A stretch of DNA of 53,388 nt from Candidatus Sulfopaludibacter sp. SbA3 (GCA_945865705.1 CAMBEY010000001.1:1-53388), one strand, 5' to 3'; positions 9,421 through 19,803 are shown, numbered from the stretch's first letter. Numbers and translations are program-made. The notes: generated from the sequence alone by a model not told the origin.

Positions 9421-10752
9421 ATGACAACGGCAGAGACAGCAGCGAGCGAAGTAACCATCGAGAAGCTCGTTTATGGCGGCGAAGGGTTGGCGCGCACCCC
9501 GGAGGGCATCGTACTGGTGCCGGGTGCGCTTCCGGGCGAACGCGTCGCGGTGGAGATCGAACCGGCCAAGAAGGGCGTTCGGCGGGCGCGGCTGATTCAG
9601 GTTCTCGCGGCCAGCCCGGATCGCATCGAAGCGCCCTGCCCGTTCTTTACGAACTGCGGCGGCTGCCATCATCAGCAGATTCCCTACACCCGTCAACTCG
9701 AATGGAAGCGCGATATTCTCGCCGAGTGCTTCGAGCGCATCGGCAAGCTGAAGCTCGACGCGCCCATCGAAACTATCTCCGCCGAGCCGTGGGAGTACCG
9801 GAATCGCATCCGTCTCCATGCGCGAAAGAATGGCAGCGAGTTTCGTCTGGGGTATCTCGAAAACCAGTCGCAGCAACTGTGCCCAGTCGACGCCTGTGCC
9901 ATCAGCTCGCCCGGCCTGCAGGCGGCGATTCGTTCGCTGGCCGCTGGTGAACTAACTTCCATTTTCCCAGACGGCGCCATGGAGATTGAACTATTCGCCA
10001 CCGATGAGGACCGCTCTTTGATGGCGACAATTACCGCGCGTGATTCAGGGCCCGGAGTATTTGGCGACGCATGGATGGCCGCACTGCCAAAATTTGAGTC
10101 GGTATGCTGGACGCAGCAATTTGAGCCCATTCGGCAAGGTGCCAGGAACCGTCTGGTGCATCGTGAACCACCGCATAACAGGGTATGGGGCACCGGTGCA
10201 GTCATCATGAAGTCTGGTGAGTTCCATTACCGTGTCAGCCACCACTCGTTTTTCCAGACCAACCGCCGTCTGCTGGAAAAGATGATTGATGCCGCGCTGG
10301 GCGATGCGCGTGGCGTGCGCGCGCTCGACTTGTTCGCGGGAGTAGGATTCTTCACGCTGCCGCTATCGCGTCGCTTCGAGCATGTGATCGCGGTGGAGTC
10401 CCATCCATCCGCATCCGGCGACCTCCAGACCAATTCCGGTGTCGCGGCTTCGCAGGTTTATGTCTACCCCATCACCGCCGAATCTTTCATCGCATCCAAG
10501 CCCTCGCGCCAGCCGTGGGATTTGGTCCTGGTAGACCCGCCGCGACATGGCTTACCCCCTCCCGTGCGTGATGCAATCGTCGCGATGCGCCCGCGCCGCA
10601 TGGTGTACGTCTCCTGCGATCCGACTACGCTGGCTCGAGATCTGGCGGTGTTTCAACAGGCTTCGTACAAAATCACTTCCGTTCACTTGATTGATCTGTT
10701 CCCACAGACGTATCATCTGGAGGCCATTGTCCACATGGCGCTGCCTGAGTAA
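9421..10752 (+). CDS. RumA/TrmA-family 23S rRNA (uracil-5)-methyltransferase with TRAM domain
   Basis: N-terminal TRAM-like domain, Fe-S cysteine cluster (CPFFTNCGGCHHQ), SAM-binding DLFAGVG motif and a C-terminal catalytic YVSCDP motif. Confidence 0.85.
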   Translation: MTTAETAASEVTIEKLVYGGEGLARTPEGIVLVPGALPGERVAVEIEPAKKGVRRARLIQVLAASPDRIEAPCPFFTNCGGCHHQQIPYTRQLEWKRDILAECFERIGKLKLDAPIETISAEPWEYRNRIRLHARKNGSEFRLGYLENQSQQLCPVDACAISSPGLQAAIRSLAAGELTSIFPDGAMEIELFATDEDRSLMATITARDSGPGVFGDAWMAALPKFESVCWTQQFEPIRQGARNRLVHREPPHNRVWGTGAVIMKSGEFHYRVSHHSFFQTNRRLLEKMIDAALGDARGVRALDLFAGVGFFTLPLSRRFEHVIAVESHPSASGDLQTNSGVAASQVYVYPITAESFIASKPSRQPWDLVLVDPPRHGLPPPVRDAIVAMRPRRMVYVSCDPTTLARDLAVFQQASYKITSVHLIDLFPQTYHLEAIVHMALPE

Positions 10753-10816
10753 GCGCTCGTTCACACGGCCGGACGATGGCGATAGTTCACAATCCTCAGA
10801 CCGGGGAACGGCTGAA

Positions 10817-13447
10817 TTGACTCATTCGCCTCTACTTCCCGTTGCGCTGGCGTTCGCCAGCGGAATCGCCATAGCACCCTACTTCCATCTTCGCGCTCAT
10901 GAACAACTAATTGTACTGATCGCTTCCGCTCTGCTGGCATCCTTACTAAGCTTCAAAAAAAGGTTATGGCCCGCACTGATCGTGGCGTGGATTGGTGTCT
11001 TTGTTGGCGGCGCGTTTCTTGCGTCCTTTGAGCGCATGAGTCCACCGCCGAATCACATCGAATCACTTTCGCGCAGCGGGAGTATTAATCCTGGGCAACC
11101 AGTTAAAATTCATGGATGGGCCCTCACTCCTAGTCAGGTGCGTCCGGGGACTTACGTCATTGACCTTGCTGTTGAGCAAATCGAGCAGAATGGACTTCGC
11201 TTCCCTACCTCGGGAGCAATTCGCGTCTACTATTATCCGCGCAACCAGGAAGAGCCTCCGCTCCATCTCGACTACGGTTCGCGCGTAGCGATCTCGCTAC
11301 GTGATCTGCGCGCGCCTCGCAACTTTGGCAACCCCGGCTCCTTTGATTACGCTGGTTCCATGCGTCGGCAAGGCATCTCCTTTACCGCCTTGTTGCGGAA
11401 CCGGAAGACCGACTTGCAAGTGTTGCCCGGCCAAGCTGGATCCCAATGGCGTAGCGTAGTCTTCCGCGCTCGCGAAGGCTCGCTGAAGGCCATCGAACAT
11501 TTGCTTGCAGGACAGCCCGTAAAGCAGAGCATTCTGAAAGCCATGCTACTGGGCGATGACAACTGGCTCGACCCGCGCACGGAGCGTGCCTTTCAGGAAA
11601 GCGGCACGTATCACGTACTGGTCATTTCGGGGTGGAACGTAGCCGTCTTCGCCGTGCCGTTGCTGTTGCTACTCATATCTCTGCGCCTTCCAAACTGGCT
11701 TTCTTCACTCATCGTGTTTGGATCAGTGGCCAGCTTTGCCCTGCTGGCACAATCGGAGATTCCCATTGTTCGCGCCTCCCTGATGTTTTTCGTTTATCTC
11801 ATAGCACGATTGTTCTTCCGACGCCGCGCTCTAATTAATTCATTGGCCGCCACCGCGCTATTGTTGTTGACACTGCATCCATCCGATCTGTGGGATTGGG
11901 GATTCCAACTTTCTTTCCTTGCAGTGTTGACGCTGGCCGCAATTGCCCTGCCCGCTGTCGCGTGGACTATCTCACCGCTCCGTTCCGCGCTACGGGAATT
12001 ATTCAACGAAAAGGGCGACAGCCGTTTCACCCCGGCTCAAGCGCAATTCCGCATGGATCTGCGAACGCTGATTGATTATCTGGTTGTTCCATCACGCGAA
12101 TCCAGCAGGCTGCAGCGAGGTATTCGGGAGACACTGCGATCCAGCGCATGGATGGTAATCAGTCTGGCGGAGGCGCTGCTTTTCACCGCCACGATGCAAG
12201 CTGGATATGCGCTGATAACCGCACTCTATTTCCACCGGCTGACGTGGTCCGGCGTACTGGCCAATCTGCTGATCCTGCCCACGGCTAGCTGCATCGTGAT
12301 GCTCGGGATCATCCTCGTGCCGCTAGTCTACCTGGCCCCGCCGCTGGCTCAACTATTGGCTCCACTGCTTGGCTGGACCATCGCGGCCCTGGCGTCAACA
12401 ACAGAACTCGCGGCGGAATTAACGGCCCTCAACAGCCGTGTGGCCACACCTCCATTTTGGCTTTCACTGGTTTTTCTTTTGACGACGGTTTCGCTGGCTG
12501 CACTAATCGCCCGCCGTTCAAAATGGAGTGGCGCGATGGCCGCCGCGTTGATCGCCTGTTGCGTTACGCTGACGTGGATGCGACCGGGGACGAGTTGCGC
12601 TGCAGGCCAACTTGAGGTTACATCAATCGATGTGGGTCAGGGCGACGCTCTACTGGTCTGCTTTCCCCAGGGCACCACGATGCTGATTGATGCGGGAGGA
12701 AGCATCCCCATCCCCGGCTCTCCCGTGCGCAGGCAGGACATCGGCGAAACAGTGGTTTCCTCCTACCTCTGGAATCGTGGGATCACACGGCTGGACTATG
12801 TGGTTCTCTCCCACGATCATTTTGATCACATGGGCGGCCTCGAGGCCATATTTGAAAATTTTTCGGTTGGGGAATTCTGGATGGGTCCGGACGCCGCGGA
12901 CCGGAAAATGGACTGGCTGCGTAATCGCGCCCGTGCCGCGGGAGCAAAAATCATTTGGCCAGTAACTAGCCAAACGGAGAACAGCGCACGGAAAATCGAT
13001 GGGGTTCAACTGGAAGTATTGTCGCCACCACCTGATTGGGCACCGCGAAGAGTTAGCAACGACGATTCGATTGTATTGCGGTTAGCGTTGGGTCAACGGA
13101 GCATTCTGCTCGCGGGAGACATTGAGACCCGCATGGAACATTTGCTGACTGGCAGTGGGAAGCAGCTTGCCAGCGATGTCCTGAAAGTCGCGCATCACGG
13201 CAGCCGGACATCCACGACTCCCGAGTTTCTTGCGCAAGTAAATCCAAGTTTCGCACTCATATCAGTCGGCGCTTTCGGGCGATTCGGGCATCCCAGCCCT
13301 CAAGTAATCGAGGCCCTTTCTGCCGCCGGCATTCCGGTATATAGCACAGCCAAGCAAGGAGCACTGAGTATCCGCACGGACGGGTGGCGCATACAGATCG
13401 ATGCCCACCGCGATACGCTTCACGATTGGCCACAGTTCTTGCCTTAG
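10817..13447 (+). CDS. comEC: ComEC/Rec2 DNA internalisation channel protein with C-terminal metallo-beta-lactamase domain
   Basis: Polytopic membrane core plus HDHFDHMGG (HxHxDH). The longest ORF starts at 10691 but overlaps the preceding gene. In-frame TTG at 10817 follows GGGGAA and gives a typical MTHSPLLPVALAF N-terminus. Start is uncertain. Confidence 0.85.
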   Translation: MTHSPLLPVALAFASGIAIAPYFHLRAHEQLIVLIASALLASLLSFKKRLWPALIVAWIGVFVGGAFLASFERMSPPPNHIESLSRSGSINPGQPVKIHGWALTPSQVRPGTYVIDLAVEQIEQNGLRFPTSGAIRVYYYPRNQEEPPLHLDYGSRVAISLRDLRAPRNFGNPGSFDYAGSMRRQGISFTALLRNRKTDLQVLPGQAGSQWRSVVFRAREGSLKAIEHLLAGQPVKQSILKAMLLGDDNWLDPRTERAFQESGTYHVLVISGWNVAVFAVPLLLLLISLRLPNWLSSLIVFGSVASFALLAQSEIPIVRASLMFFVYLIARLFFRRRALINSLAATALLLLTLHPSDLWDWGFQLSFLAVLTLAAIALPAVAWTISPLRSALRELFNEKGDSRFTPAQAQFRMDLRTLIDYLVVPSRESSRLQRGIRETLRSSAWMVISLAEALLFTATMQAGYALITALYFHRLTWSGVLANLLILPTASCIVMLGIILVPLVYLAPPLAQLLAPLLGWTIAALASTTELAAELTALNSRVATPPFWLSLVFLLTTVSLAALIARRSKWSGAMAAALIACCVTLTWMRPGTSCAAGQLEVTSIDVGQGDALLVCFPQGTTMLIDAGGSIPIPGSPVRRQDIGETVVSSYLWNRGITRLDYVVLSHDHFDHMGGLEAIFENFSVGEFWMGPDAADRKMDWLRNRARAAGAKIIWPVTSQTENSARKIDGVQLEVLSPPPDWAPRRVSNDDSIVLRLALGQRSILLAGDIETRMEHLLTGSGKQLASDVLKVAHHGSRTSTTPEFLAQVNPSFALISVGAFGRFGHPSPQVIEALSAAGIPVYSTAKQGALSIRTDGWRIQIDAHRDTLHDWPQFLP

Positions 13448-13462
13448 CCGCATTTTTGCTCG

Positions 13463-13551
13463 ACCCGAGCCACACCGAGAGGGAGCTGTCACGCTGGACG
13501 ATCATCAGCGACCGTTGAACCTGACCGCCCACTCTCGGTCGCGGCTCGGGT
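13463..13551. other. long-range inverted repeat between convergent gene ends (possible bidirectional terminator or structured element)
   Basis: ACCCGAGCCACACCGAGAG (13463-13481) pairs with CTCTCGGTCGCGGCTCGGGT (13532-13551). That gives 9 + 7 bp around a 3x4-nt internal loop and a 50-nt apical loop. Confidence 0.4.
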
Positions 13552-13571
13552 AAACCATCCAGGAAGATGGT

Positions 13572-14909
13572 CTATAACTTAATAATGTGCGGGGATGGCA
13601 AGTCACGGAAGGCATTGCGCGAATCTACAATCAATGGCGACTGCTGCGCAATCGCGGCGTAGTCGAATGCGGTGTGATCGGTGAGGAGCACGACGCACGC
13701 TGCATCGCGGCATGCAGGGAAGACCGGTACCGCCTCACAAGTAAGACCGTTCAGGCTGATGCGAGGCACGTGCGGGTCGCTGTAGGACAACCGGGCACCC
13801 AGCCGATCGAGCAAGATCATCACGTCCAGCGCTGGCGACTCGCGTGTATCGGCGACATCGCGTTTATAGGCCACACCCAACAGATGAACGCGCGCACCGT
13901 TCACGGCAAGCGAGCGCTGATTGAGTGCAGACTGAATTTTCTGAACCACAAACTGCGGCATGGAAGAATTGATGCGTCCCGCCAACTCGATAAAGTAGGC
14001 CGTTGTGCCATCCATCTTTGCCTTCCAGGAAAGATAAAAAGGGTCAACAGGGATGCAGTGACCACCAAGTCCCGGCCCGGGATAGAAAGGCATGAATCCG
14101 AAAGGTTTGGTAGCCGCTGCGTCGATAACTTCCCAGACATCGATTCCCATGCGATCGCAAAGCAGGGCCATCTCGTTGGCCAACCCGATGTTGATGGAGC
14201 GGTAGGTGTTCTCAAGCAATTTCACCATCTCCGCCACTTTGGTGGAAGAGACCGGGACCACGGTCTCTATGGCCTGCTGATAGAACAATGCACCCAGTTC
14301 CGCGCAACGCTTGGTTACGCCGCCCACTACCTTCGGGATATTGTGAGTGTGGTAGCTGGCAGTGCCGGGATCAACCCGCTCTGGTGAATAGCAGAGAAAA
14401 AATTGTTCCCCAACCCGTAACCCGCTTTCGGCCAGCCGTGGCAGTACAAGCTCTTCGGTGGTGCCCGGGTAGGTCGTACTCTCGAGTATCACCAGCATTC
14501 CCGGGTGCAGAAACCGCTGAATTTGCTCGACAGCGGAGAGGATGAATGACAGGTCTGGATCTTTGGTCTTACGCAGCGGAGTAGGCACGCATATATCCAC
14601 TACATCGCAGGACGCCAGGGCCGCGTAGCTCTCAGTAGCACTCAAACGTCCTGACTGGACGAGAGCGGCAAGCTCTTCCGATGAAACATCTGGGATGTAG
14701 GATTTCCCGGCCCGTATATTACTTACTTTGCTCGCATCAATATCGATTCCAGTAACACGAAATCCAGCCCGTGCCAGTTCCACCGCCAGCGGAAGCCCCA
14801 CATAGCCAAGTCCGAGGACGCCAACGCTGGCCGACCTGGCGGCAATCTTATCGCGCTGCTCTCGGTACGCTGCGGGCACTTGGTCTGGAGATTCGACTTC
14901 TGAATTCAA
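13572..14909 (-). CDS. nucleotide-sugar dehydrogenase (UDP-N-acetyl-D-mannosamine/glucosamine dehydrogenase-like)
   Basis: N-terminal Rossmann motif GLGYVGLPLA and catalytic GGHCIP region. At 445 aa it fits the WecC/Cap5O class. Confidence 0.85.
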   Translation of the reverse strand: MNSEVESPDQVPAAYREQRDKIAARSASVGVLGLGYVGLPLAVELARAGFRVTGIDIDASKVSNIRAGKSYIPDVSSEELAALVQSGRLSATESYAALASCDVVDICVPTPLRKTKDPDLSFILSAVEQIQRFLHPGMLVILESTTYPGTTEELVLPRLAESGLRVGEQFFLCYSPERVDPGTASYHTHNIPKVVGGVTKRCAELGALFYQQAIETVVPVSSTKVAEMVKLLENTYRSINIGLANEMALLCDRMGIDVWEVIDAAATKPFGFMPFYPGPGLGGHCIPVDPFYLSWKAKMDGTTAYFIELAGRINSSMPQFVVQKIQSALNQRSLAVNGARVHLLGVAYKRDVADTRESPALDVMILLDRLGARLSYSDPHVPRISLNGLTCEAVPVFPACRDAACVVLLTDHTAFDYAAIAQQSPLIVDSRNAFRDLPSPHIIKL

Positions 14910-14946
14910 GCGACTTTCTCCCTATAAGCCTCCCCCGGAGAAGGCG

Positions 14947-15882
14947 TTATTTCGGCTGAGTAGTATCTACAGGCATTGCGGACATTGTTTGGCGCAATAG
15001 TTTAGGATAAAAATCCGCAAGCTCGATAAGCATCTGTAAAGCAGCGGCGGAATTGCGCTTGGTGATGCGCTCCACCTGAATACCGATGGCGGGAGAAAGC
15101 GGAGTGAGGTGGCTGAAGACCTCCTGAAGAATCCGCTTAGCCAGTTCAATGGACGCAGCCGCAGCCGATTCCCGTTCCGGGGCCTGATCTACACTGATTG
15201 CAAGGGACTCCGGCACGCCCACGCCCAGCCACTTCAAAAAGGTCAGATCGCGGGGATGGCTGACCGGCGTGAAGCTAAGTATCAAATGCGCTTTCACGCC
15301 ATCCAGCGCCCGCAGAAGACTGACCGTGGGTGCGGCATCCAGCAATACCTGAGTGGTGAAGAACTCGATACCGCTTTTATGCTTGGAAAGTACACGCTCC
15401 GCTTCGCGTGGCCGCGAAGGTATGGTGATCCCTCCCAGCAGTAAATCCAATTTTTCCGCGTTGGCGAGCTTTGCCGTTTCAGAAACACTCGGACCGGGAT
15501 AGGTAAACTGCACAGATTCACCCCCGACCAGAATCAGATCCCGCACGCCGTAGACTTCAGCCGACTCCTTCAACCATCTGCGTTGATCATCCAGCGAATC
15601 ATGGACCGTCACGCGATTCACGGAAGTTTCCAGCGAATGCCGGTCGTGGATCGCTTTGGCAAACACTCGCGGCTCGATACGCTGGCGGAAATTCCCCCGG
15701 CGCGGGCCACGGGCCAACTCGTCGCGAATCTCCGGGATGTTGATCACATCGACCAGTCCCGCCACATCGCCCACGAGCTTCAGTCGATCCTCCATCTCGG
15801 ACGAATCGTCAACGCTTGGAGGAACAATCTCGTAAAAAACCAATGGCTCGGACGGTTTGTGAATTTTGGCTCTTAGGCTCAT
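14947..15882 (-). CDS. methylenetetrahydrofolate reductase-like (MTHFR-fold) protein
   Basis: FYEIVPP near the N-terminus, LVGGE, and GIEFFTTQVLLD resembling the GADFxxTQxxFD block of MetF-family proteins. The family call is tentative. Confidence 0.5.
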   Translation of the reverse strand: MSLRAKIHKPSEPLVFYEIVPPSVDDSSEMEDRLKLVGDVAGLVDVINIPEIRDELARGPRRGNFRQRIEPRVFAKAIHDRHSLETSVNRVTVHDSLDDQRRWLKESAEVYGVRDLILVGGESVQFTYPGPSVSETAKLANAEKLDLLLGGITIPSRPREAERVLSKHKSGIEFFTTQVLLDAAPTVSLLRALDGVKAHLILSFTPVSHPRDLTFLKWLGVGVPESLAISVDQAPERESAAAASIELAKRILQEVFSHLTPLSPAIGIQVERITKRNSAAALQMLIELADFYPKLLRQTMSAMPVDTTQPK

Positions 15883-16040
15883 TCCATCTCTTTAGCTTGT
15901 AGGATAATCGTTTACCATATCCATGCTTCCGCAAGGACAATCCAACATCATAACTCAGGCAAAGTGTATGCAATAGAAATTGACCCATTGCACAAGCCCA
16001 ACCGCGACGAAATGAATCTTGACTATTTTGTATAGCAATC

Positions 16041-16069
16041 TTGACAAAAAAGTATTTTGTTCGTATGAT
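16041..16069 (+). promoter_or_regulatory. sigma70-type promoter of the suf operon
   Basis: Consensus TTGACA (16041-16046), 17-nt spacer, TATGAT (16064-16069), within an AT-rich intergenic region. It implies a transcription start near 16076 and the ATG at 16096 as the sufB start. Confidence 0.5.
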
Positions 16070-16095
16070 GGGCCTTGGCTGAGGAGAAAGTTCTT

Positions 16096-17544
16096 ATGGG
16101 TAGCACCGCAAACAACATAGAAGTCCTTTCAAATCAAGAGTATAAATACGGATTCGTTACCGATATTGAGCAGGAAACTGTTCCCCCGGGGCTTAATGAA
16201 GACGTAATCCGTATGATTTCAGCGAAAAAGCATGAGCCGGTCTGGCTGACGGAATGGCGGTTGAGTGCTTATCGCCACTGGCTAAAAATGCGTGAGCCGG
16301 ACTGGGCCATGGTAAATTTTCCGCCAATCGACTTCCAGGCCATCTCTTACTACTCCGCTCCCAAGATCAAGAAGGACGGCCCCAAGAGTCTCGCAGAGAT
16401 CGACCCGAAGTTGCTGGAAACCTACGAGAAGCTGGGCATACCTCTGCATGAGCGCGAACAGCTGGCAGGCATCGCCGTAGACGCCGTATTCGATAGCGTC
16501 TCGGTGGCCACCACCTTCAAGGAAAAACTGGCGGAAAAGGGCATCATCTTTGGTTCATTTTCCGAAGCAGTAATAAATCATCCAGAGTTGGTGCGCAAGT
16601 ATCTGGGCTCTGTCGTTCCGACGACTGACAACTACTATGCCGCGCTGAACTCAGCGGTGTTTACCGATGGCTCGTTCTGCTATGTACCCAAGGGCGTGCG
16701 CTGTCCCATGGAGCTTTCCACCTACTTCCGCATCAACGCCAAGTCCACCGGCCAGTTTGAGCGCACCCTGATTATCGCGGATGAAGGCAGCTATGTCAGC
16801 TACCTGGAAGGCTGCACGGCCCCCTCTCGGGATGAGAACCAACTGCACGCCGCCGTAGTGGAGCTGGTCGCGCACGACAACGCGCAGATCAAATACTCGA
16901 CCATACAGAACTGGTATCCCGGCGATAAGGACGGCAAGGGCGGAATCTACAATTTCGTAACTAAGCGCGGCAAGTGCGCTGGCGTCAACTCCAAGATATC
17001 CTGGACTCAGGTTGAGACCGGCTCGGCGATCACCTGGAAATATCCGAGCTGCATTCTGCAGGGCGACAATTCCGTCGGAGAGTTCTATTCCGTCGCGCTT
17101 ACCAACAATCGCCAACAGGCAGACACCGGCACCAAGATGATCCACATCGGTCGCAACACACGCAGCACGATTGTGTCCAAGGGCATCTCGGCCGGACGCG
17201 GCATCAACACCTATCGTGGCGCGGTGAAAATCTTGAAAAACGCCGAGGGGGCGCGCAACTATTCGCAGTGCGATTCACTGCTGATCGGCGACCAGTGCCA
17301 AGCCCATACCTTCCCTTATCTGGAGGCCAAGAACTCCACCGCCCAGATCGAGCATGAAGCAACGACTTCGAAGATCGGTGAAGATCAGATATTTTTCTTC
17401 CAGCAACGCGGCATCTCCACCGAAGACGCAGTCTCCATGATCGTTAACGGCTTCGCCAAGCAAGTGCTGAAGGAACTTCCGATGGAGTTCGCCGTCGAGG
17501 CGCAGAAACTGCTCGGAGTCAGCCTGGAAGGCAGCGTCGGCTAA
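16096..17544 (+). CDS. sufB: Fe-S cluster assembly scaffold protein SufB
   Basis: Strong SufB-like sequence throughout (EYKYGF..., ..[12 protein letters not shown].., C-terminal FA.EA..L). SD GAGGAG lies 9 nt upstream of the ATG at 16096. The track start (TTG 16075) lies only 5 nt after the -10 box. Confidence 0.95.
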   Translation: MGSTANNIEVLSNQEYKYGFVTDIEQETVPPGLNEDVIRMISAKKHEPVWLTEWRLSAYRHWLKMREPDWAMVNFPPIDFQAISYYSAPKIKKDGPKSLAEIDPKLLETYEKLGIPLHEREQLAGIAVDAVFDSVSVATTFKEKLAEKGIIFGSFSEAVINHPELVRKYLGSVVPTTDNYYAALNSAVFTDGSFCYVPKGVRCPMELSTYFRINAKSTGQFERTLIIADEGSYVSYLEGCTAPSRDENQLHAAVVELVAHDNAQIKYSTIQNWYPGDKDGKGGIYNFVTKRGKCAGVNSKISWTQVETGSAITWKYPSCILQGDNSVGEFYSVALTNNRQQADTGTKMIHIGRNTRSTIVSKGISAGRGINTYRGAVKILKNAEGARNYSQCDSLLIGDQCQAHTFPYLEAKNSTAQIEHEATTSKIGEDQIFFFQQRGISTEDAVSMIVNGFAKQVLKELPMEFAVEAQKLLGVSLEGSVG

Positions 17545-17607
17545 GCGATTCAGCAACAAATGAGAGCAATTTATAGCGGGCGAAATGACCCAGCGGAGCG
17601 TAATGAA

Positions 17608-18363
17608 ATGCTTAGTGTAAAGAATTTGCAAGTAACCGCGGGGGATCGCGAAATTTTGCGCGGTCTGAGCCTGGAAGTAAAGGCCGGAGAAGTGCATGCC
17701 ATCATGGGTCCGAACGGCTCCGGCAAGAGTACACTGGCACAGGTGCTTGCCGGGCGCGACACCTACCACGTAACGGGCGGCTCGGTCGATTTCATGGGCA
17801 AGAATTTGCTCGACATGAAACCAGAGGAGCGGGCGCGCGAAGGAGTTTTTCTAGCCTTTCAGTATCCGGTGGAGATTCCTGGTGTCAGCAACATGTACTT
17901 CATGCGCGCTTCGGTAAACGCCGTGCGCAAGCACCGGGGCATGCCGGAACTGGACGCATTCGACTTTCTCGAAACGGCTAAGAAAAAGATGGGACTGCTG
18001 CAGATGGACGCGGCCTTTCGCGAACGTGCGGTAAACGTAGGCTTCTCCGGGGGCGAGAAGAAACGCAATGAGATTTTCCAGATGGCCATGCTGGAGCCGA
18101 AGCTCGCCGTCCTCGATGAGACCGATTCCGGTCTGGACATTGACGCGCTACGCATTGTCGCCGATGGCGTGAACGCGTTGCGCTCGCCCGAGCGCGCCGT
18201 GATCGTGGTTACGCACTATCAACGGCTCTTGAACTACATCATTCCCGACTTTGTCCATGTGTTGCTGAACGGGCGCATTGTGCGCTCCGGCGGCAAGGAG
18301 CTGGCGCTGGAACTGGACGAAAAGGGTTACGCCTGGCTGGAGAGCGAAGCAGTCCCTGCTTAA
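17608..18363 (+). CDS. sufC: Fe-S cluster assembly ATPase SufC
   Basis: Walker A GPNGSGKST, ABC signature FSGGEKKR, Walker B LAVLDETDSGLD. The ATG at 17608 follows GGAG. The upstream extension in the track is unlikely to be translated. Confidence 0.95.
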   Translation: MLSVKNLQVTAGDREILRGLSLEVKAGEVHAIMGPNGSGKSTLAQVLAGRDTYHVTGGSVDFMGKNLLDMKPEERAREGVFLAFQYPVEIPGVSNMYFMRASVNAVRKHRGMPELDAFDFLETAKKKMGLLQMDAAFRERAVNVGFSGGEKKRNEIFQMAMLEPKLAVLDETDSGLDIDALRIVADGVNALRSPERAVIVVTHYQRLLNYIIPDFVHVLLNGRIVRSGGKELALELDEKGYAWLESEAVPA

Positions 18364-18435
18364 TGCGCGTAACGGCAATTGCGGCCAAAGAAATCGCCAC
18401 CAGGATATCGAGAACAACAGGAAAACGGAATTGTA

Positions 18436-19803
18436 ATGATGCCAACTGAACTTGAAATTACCGAGCGGCAGGAACTGTTTCTCTCGCACTTCCGCCAGCA
18501 GGAGGCGCAACTGCTGTCCAGTGAGCCCGCGTGGCTGACGGAGCAACGTCAGGACGCGATCCAGTCATTTCAAGATGCTGAATTCCCCACCACCCAGGAT
18601 GAGGATTGGCGCTACACCAACGTGAGTCCCATTATTCAAACCGCCTTTCGATATGAAGGATTGGGTGGGCAATCATCACCTGAGAGTGCGGAAATTTCCG
18701 CGCAGGCCAAGTCCATCGGCGGGGATGGACCGGTGACGGCGCGCTTGGTGTTTGTGAACGGTCATTACAGCGAGAAGCACAGCAGCATCGGCTCGTTGCC
18801 GGCTGGCGTGCGCATTGGAAGTTTGCGGACACTCCTGAGGGCAAAGGATGCCGACGGGCTGCGAGTTTATTTGGGCCGCACGCTGAACCTTCGGCGTCAG
18901 GCATTCACTTCGCTGAATGCTGCTTTGTGGCAGGACGGCGCATTCGTGCTTGTTCCGCAGAACGTCGCGCTGACGGACCCGGTTCAATTGGTTTATCTCT
19001 CGACAGCGCAGGGTGCTCCAACAGCCGCGCATTCCAGAACGCTGATCGTCGCCGAGCGCAACGCGCAGGTAACGGTGGCAGAAACTTTTCAGGCGGGCGA
19101 TGACGGCATCTGCTTCTCGAATGCAGTTACCGAGATTGTTGCCGGAGAAAACGCCGTGGTCGATTATTACCACTCGGTACGGGAGAACAACCGGTCATTT
19201 CATATTGGGCTTGTGCAGGCTTATGCAGGACACGCCGCGCAAATTTCAGCCTTGGCCGTTTCTCTGAGCGGTGCGTTGGTGCGCAATGAAGTTCGCGCCG
19301 TGCTGGATGCGGAAGGCGCGGATTGCACGCTCAACGGGTTGTACCTGGCGAAAGGCGTGCAGCATGTGGACAACCACACCACCATCGACCACGCTAAACC
19401 ACACGGGTCCAGCCGCCAGGTCTATAACGGCATACTCGACGGCCATGCCACTGCGGTATTCAATGGGCGTGTCATCGTCCGTCCCGACGCGCAGAAGACC
19501 GATGCCAATCAGAAGAATCGCAACCTGCTGCTGTCCGCCGACGCGACGATCGACACCAAGCCACAGCTGGAAATTTCCGCCAACGATGTCCGCTGCACGC
19601 ATGGCGCAACCGTTGGACAGATGGACCCGGAAGCGCTCTTCTTCCTGCGCTCCCGCGGATTGCAGCGCGAGGAAGCGGTGGCCCTGTTGATTCAGGCCTT
19701 TGCCGGTGAAATATTGGATAAGGTGAAACCGGAAGGGCTTCGTCATTGGCTGGAAGGCGCTTTGCGCACGGAATTCTCGAATGCTTCGGTTGCCGGGAAA
19801 TAA
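18436..19803 (+). CDS. sufD: Fe-S cluster assembly protein SufD
   Basis: SufB/SufD-family beta-helix C-terminus (..CTHGATVGQ.D.E.LFYL.SRG..), positioned between sufC and sufS. Start is either ATG 18436 or TTG 18379. Confidence 0.9.
   Translation: MMPTELEITERQELFLSHFRQQEAQLLSSEPAWLTEQRQDAIQSFQDAEFPTTQDEDWRYTNVSPIIQTAFRYEGLGGQSSPESAEISAQAKSIGGDGPVTARLVFVNGHYSEKHSSIGSLPAGVRIGSLRTLLRAKDADGLRVYLGRTLNLRRQAFTSLNAALWQDGAFVLVPQNVALTDPVQLVYLSTAQGAPTAAHSRTLIVAERNAQVTVAETFQAGDDGICFSNAVTEIVAGENAVVDYYHSVRENNRSFHIGLVQAYAGHAAQISALAVSLSGALVRNEVRAVLDAEGADCTLNGLYLAKGVQHVDNHTTIDHAKPHGSSRQVYNGILDGHATAVFNGRVIVRPDAQKTDANQKNRNLLLSADATIDTKPQLEISANDVRCTHGATVGQMDPEALFFLRSRGLQREEAVALLIQAFAGEILDKVKPEGLRHWLEGALRTEFSNASVAGK

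Noticed and set aside
10691-10816. Upstream extension of the comEC ORF overlapping the methyltransferase gene by 62 nt
   Set aside because: The extension is basic and low-complexity and overlaps a real gene. The TTG at 10817 gives a typical ComEC N-terminus. It is kept only as an alternative start.
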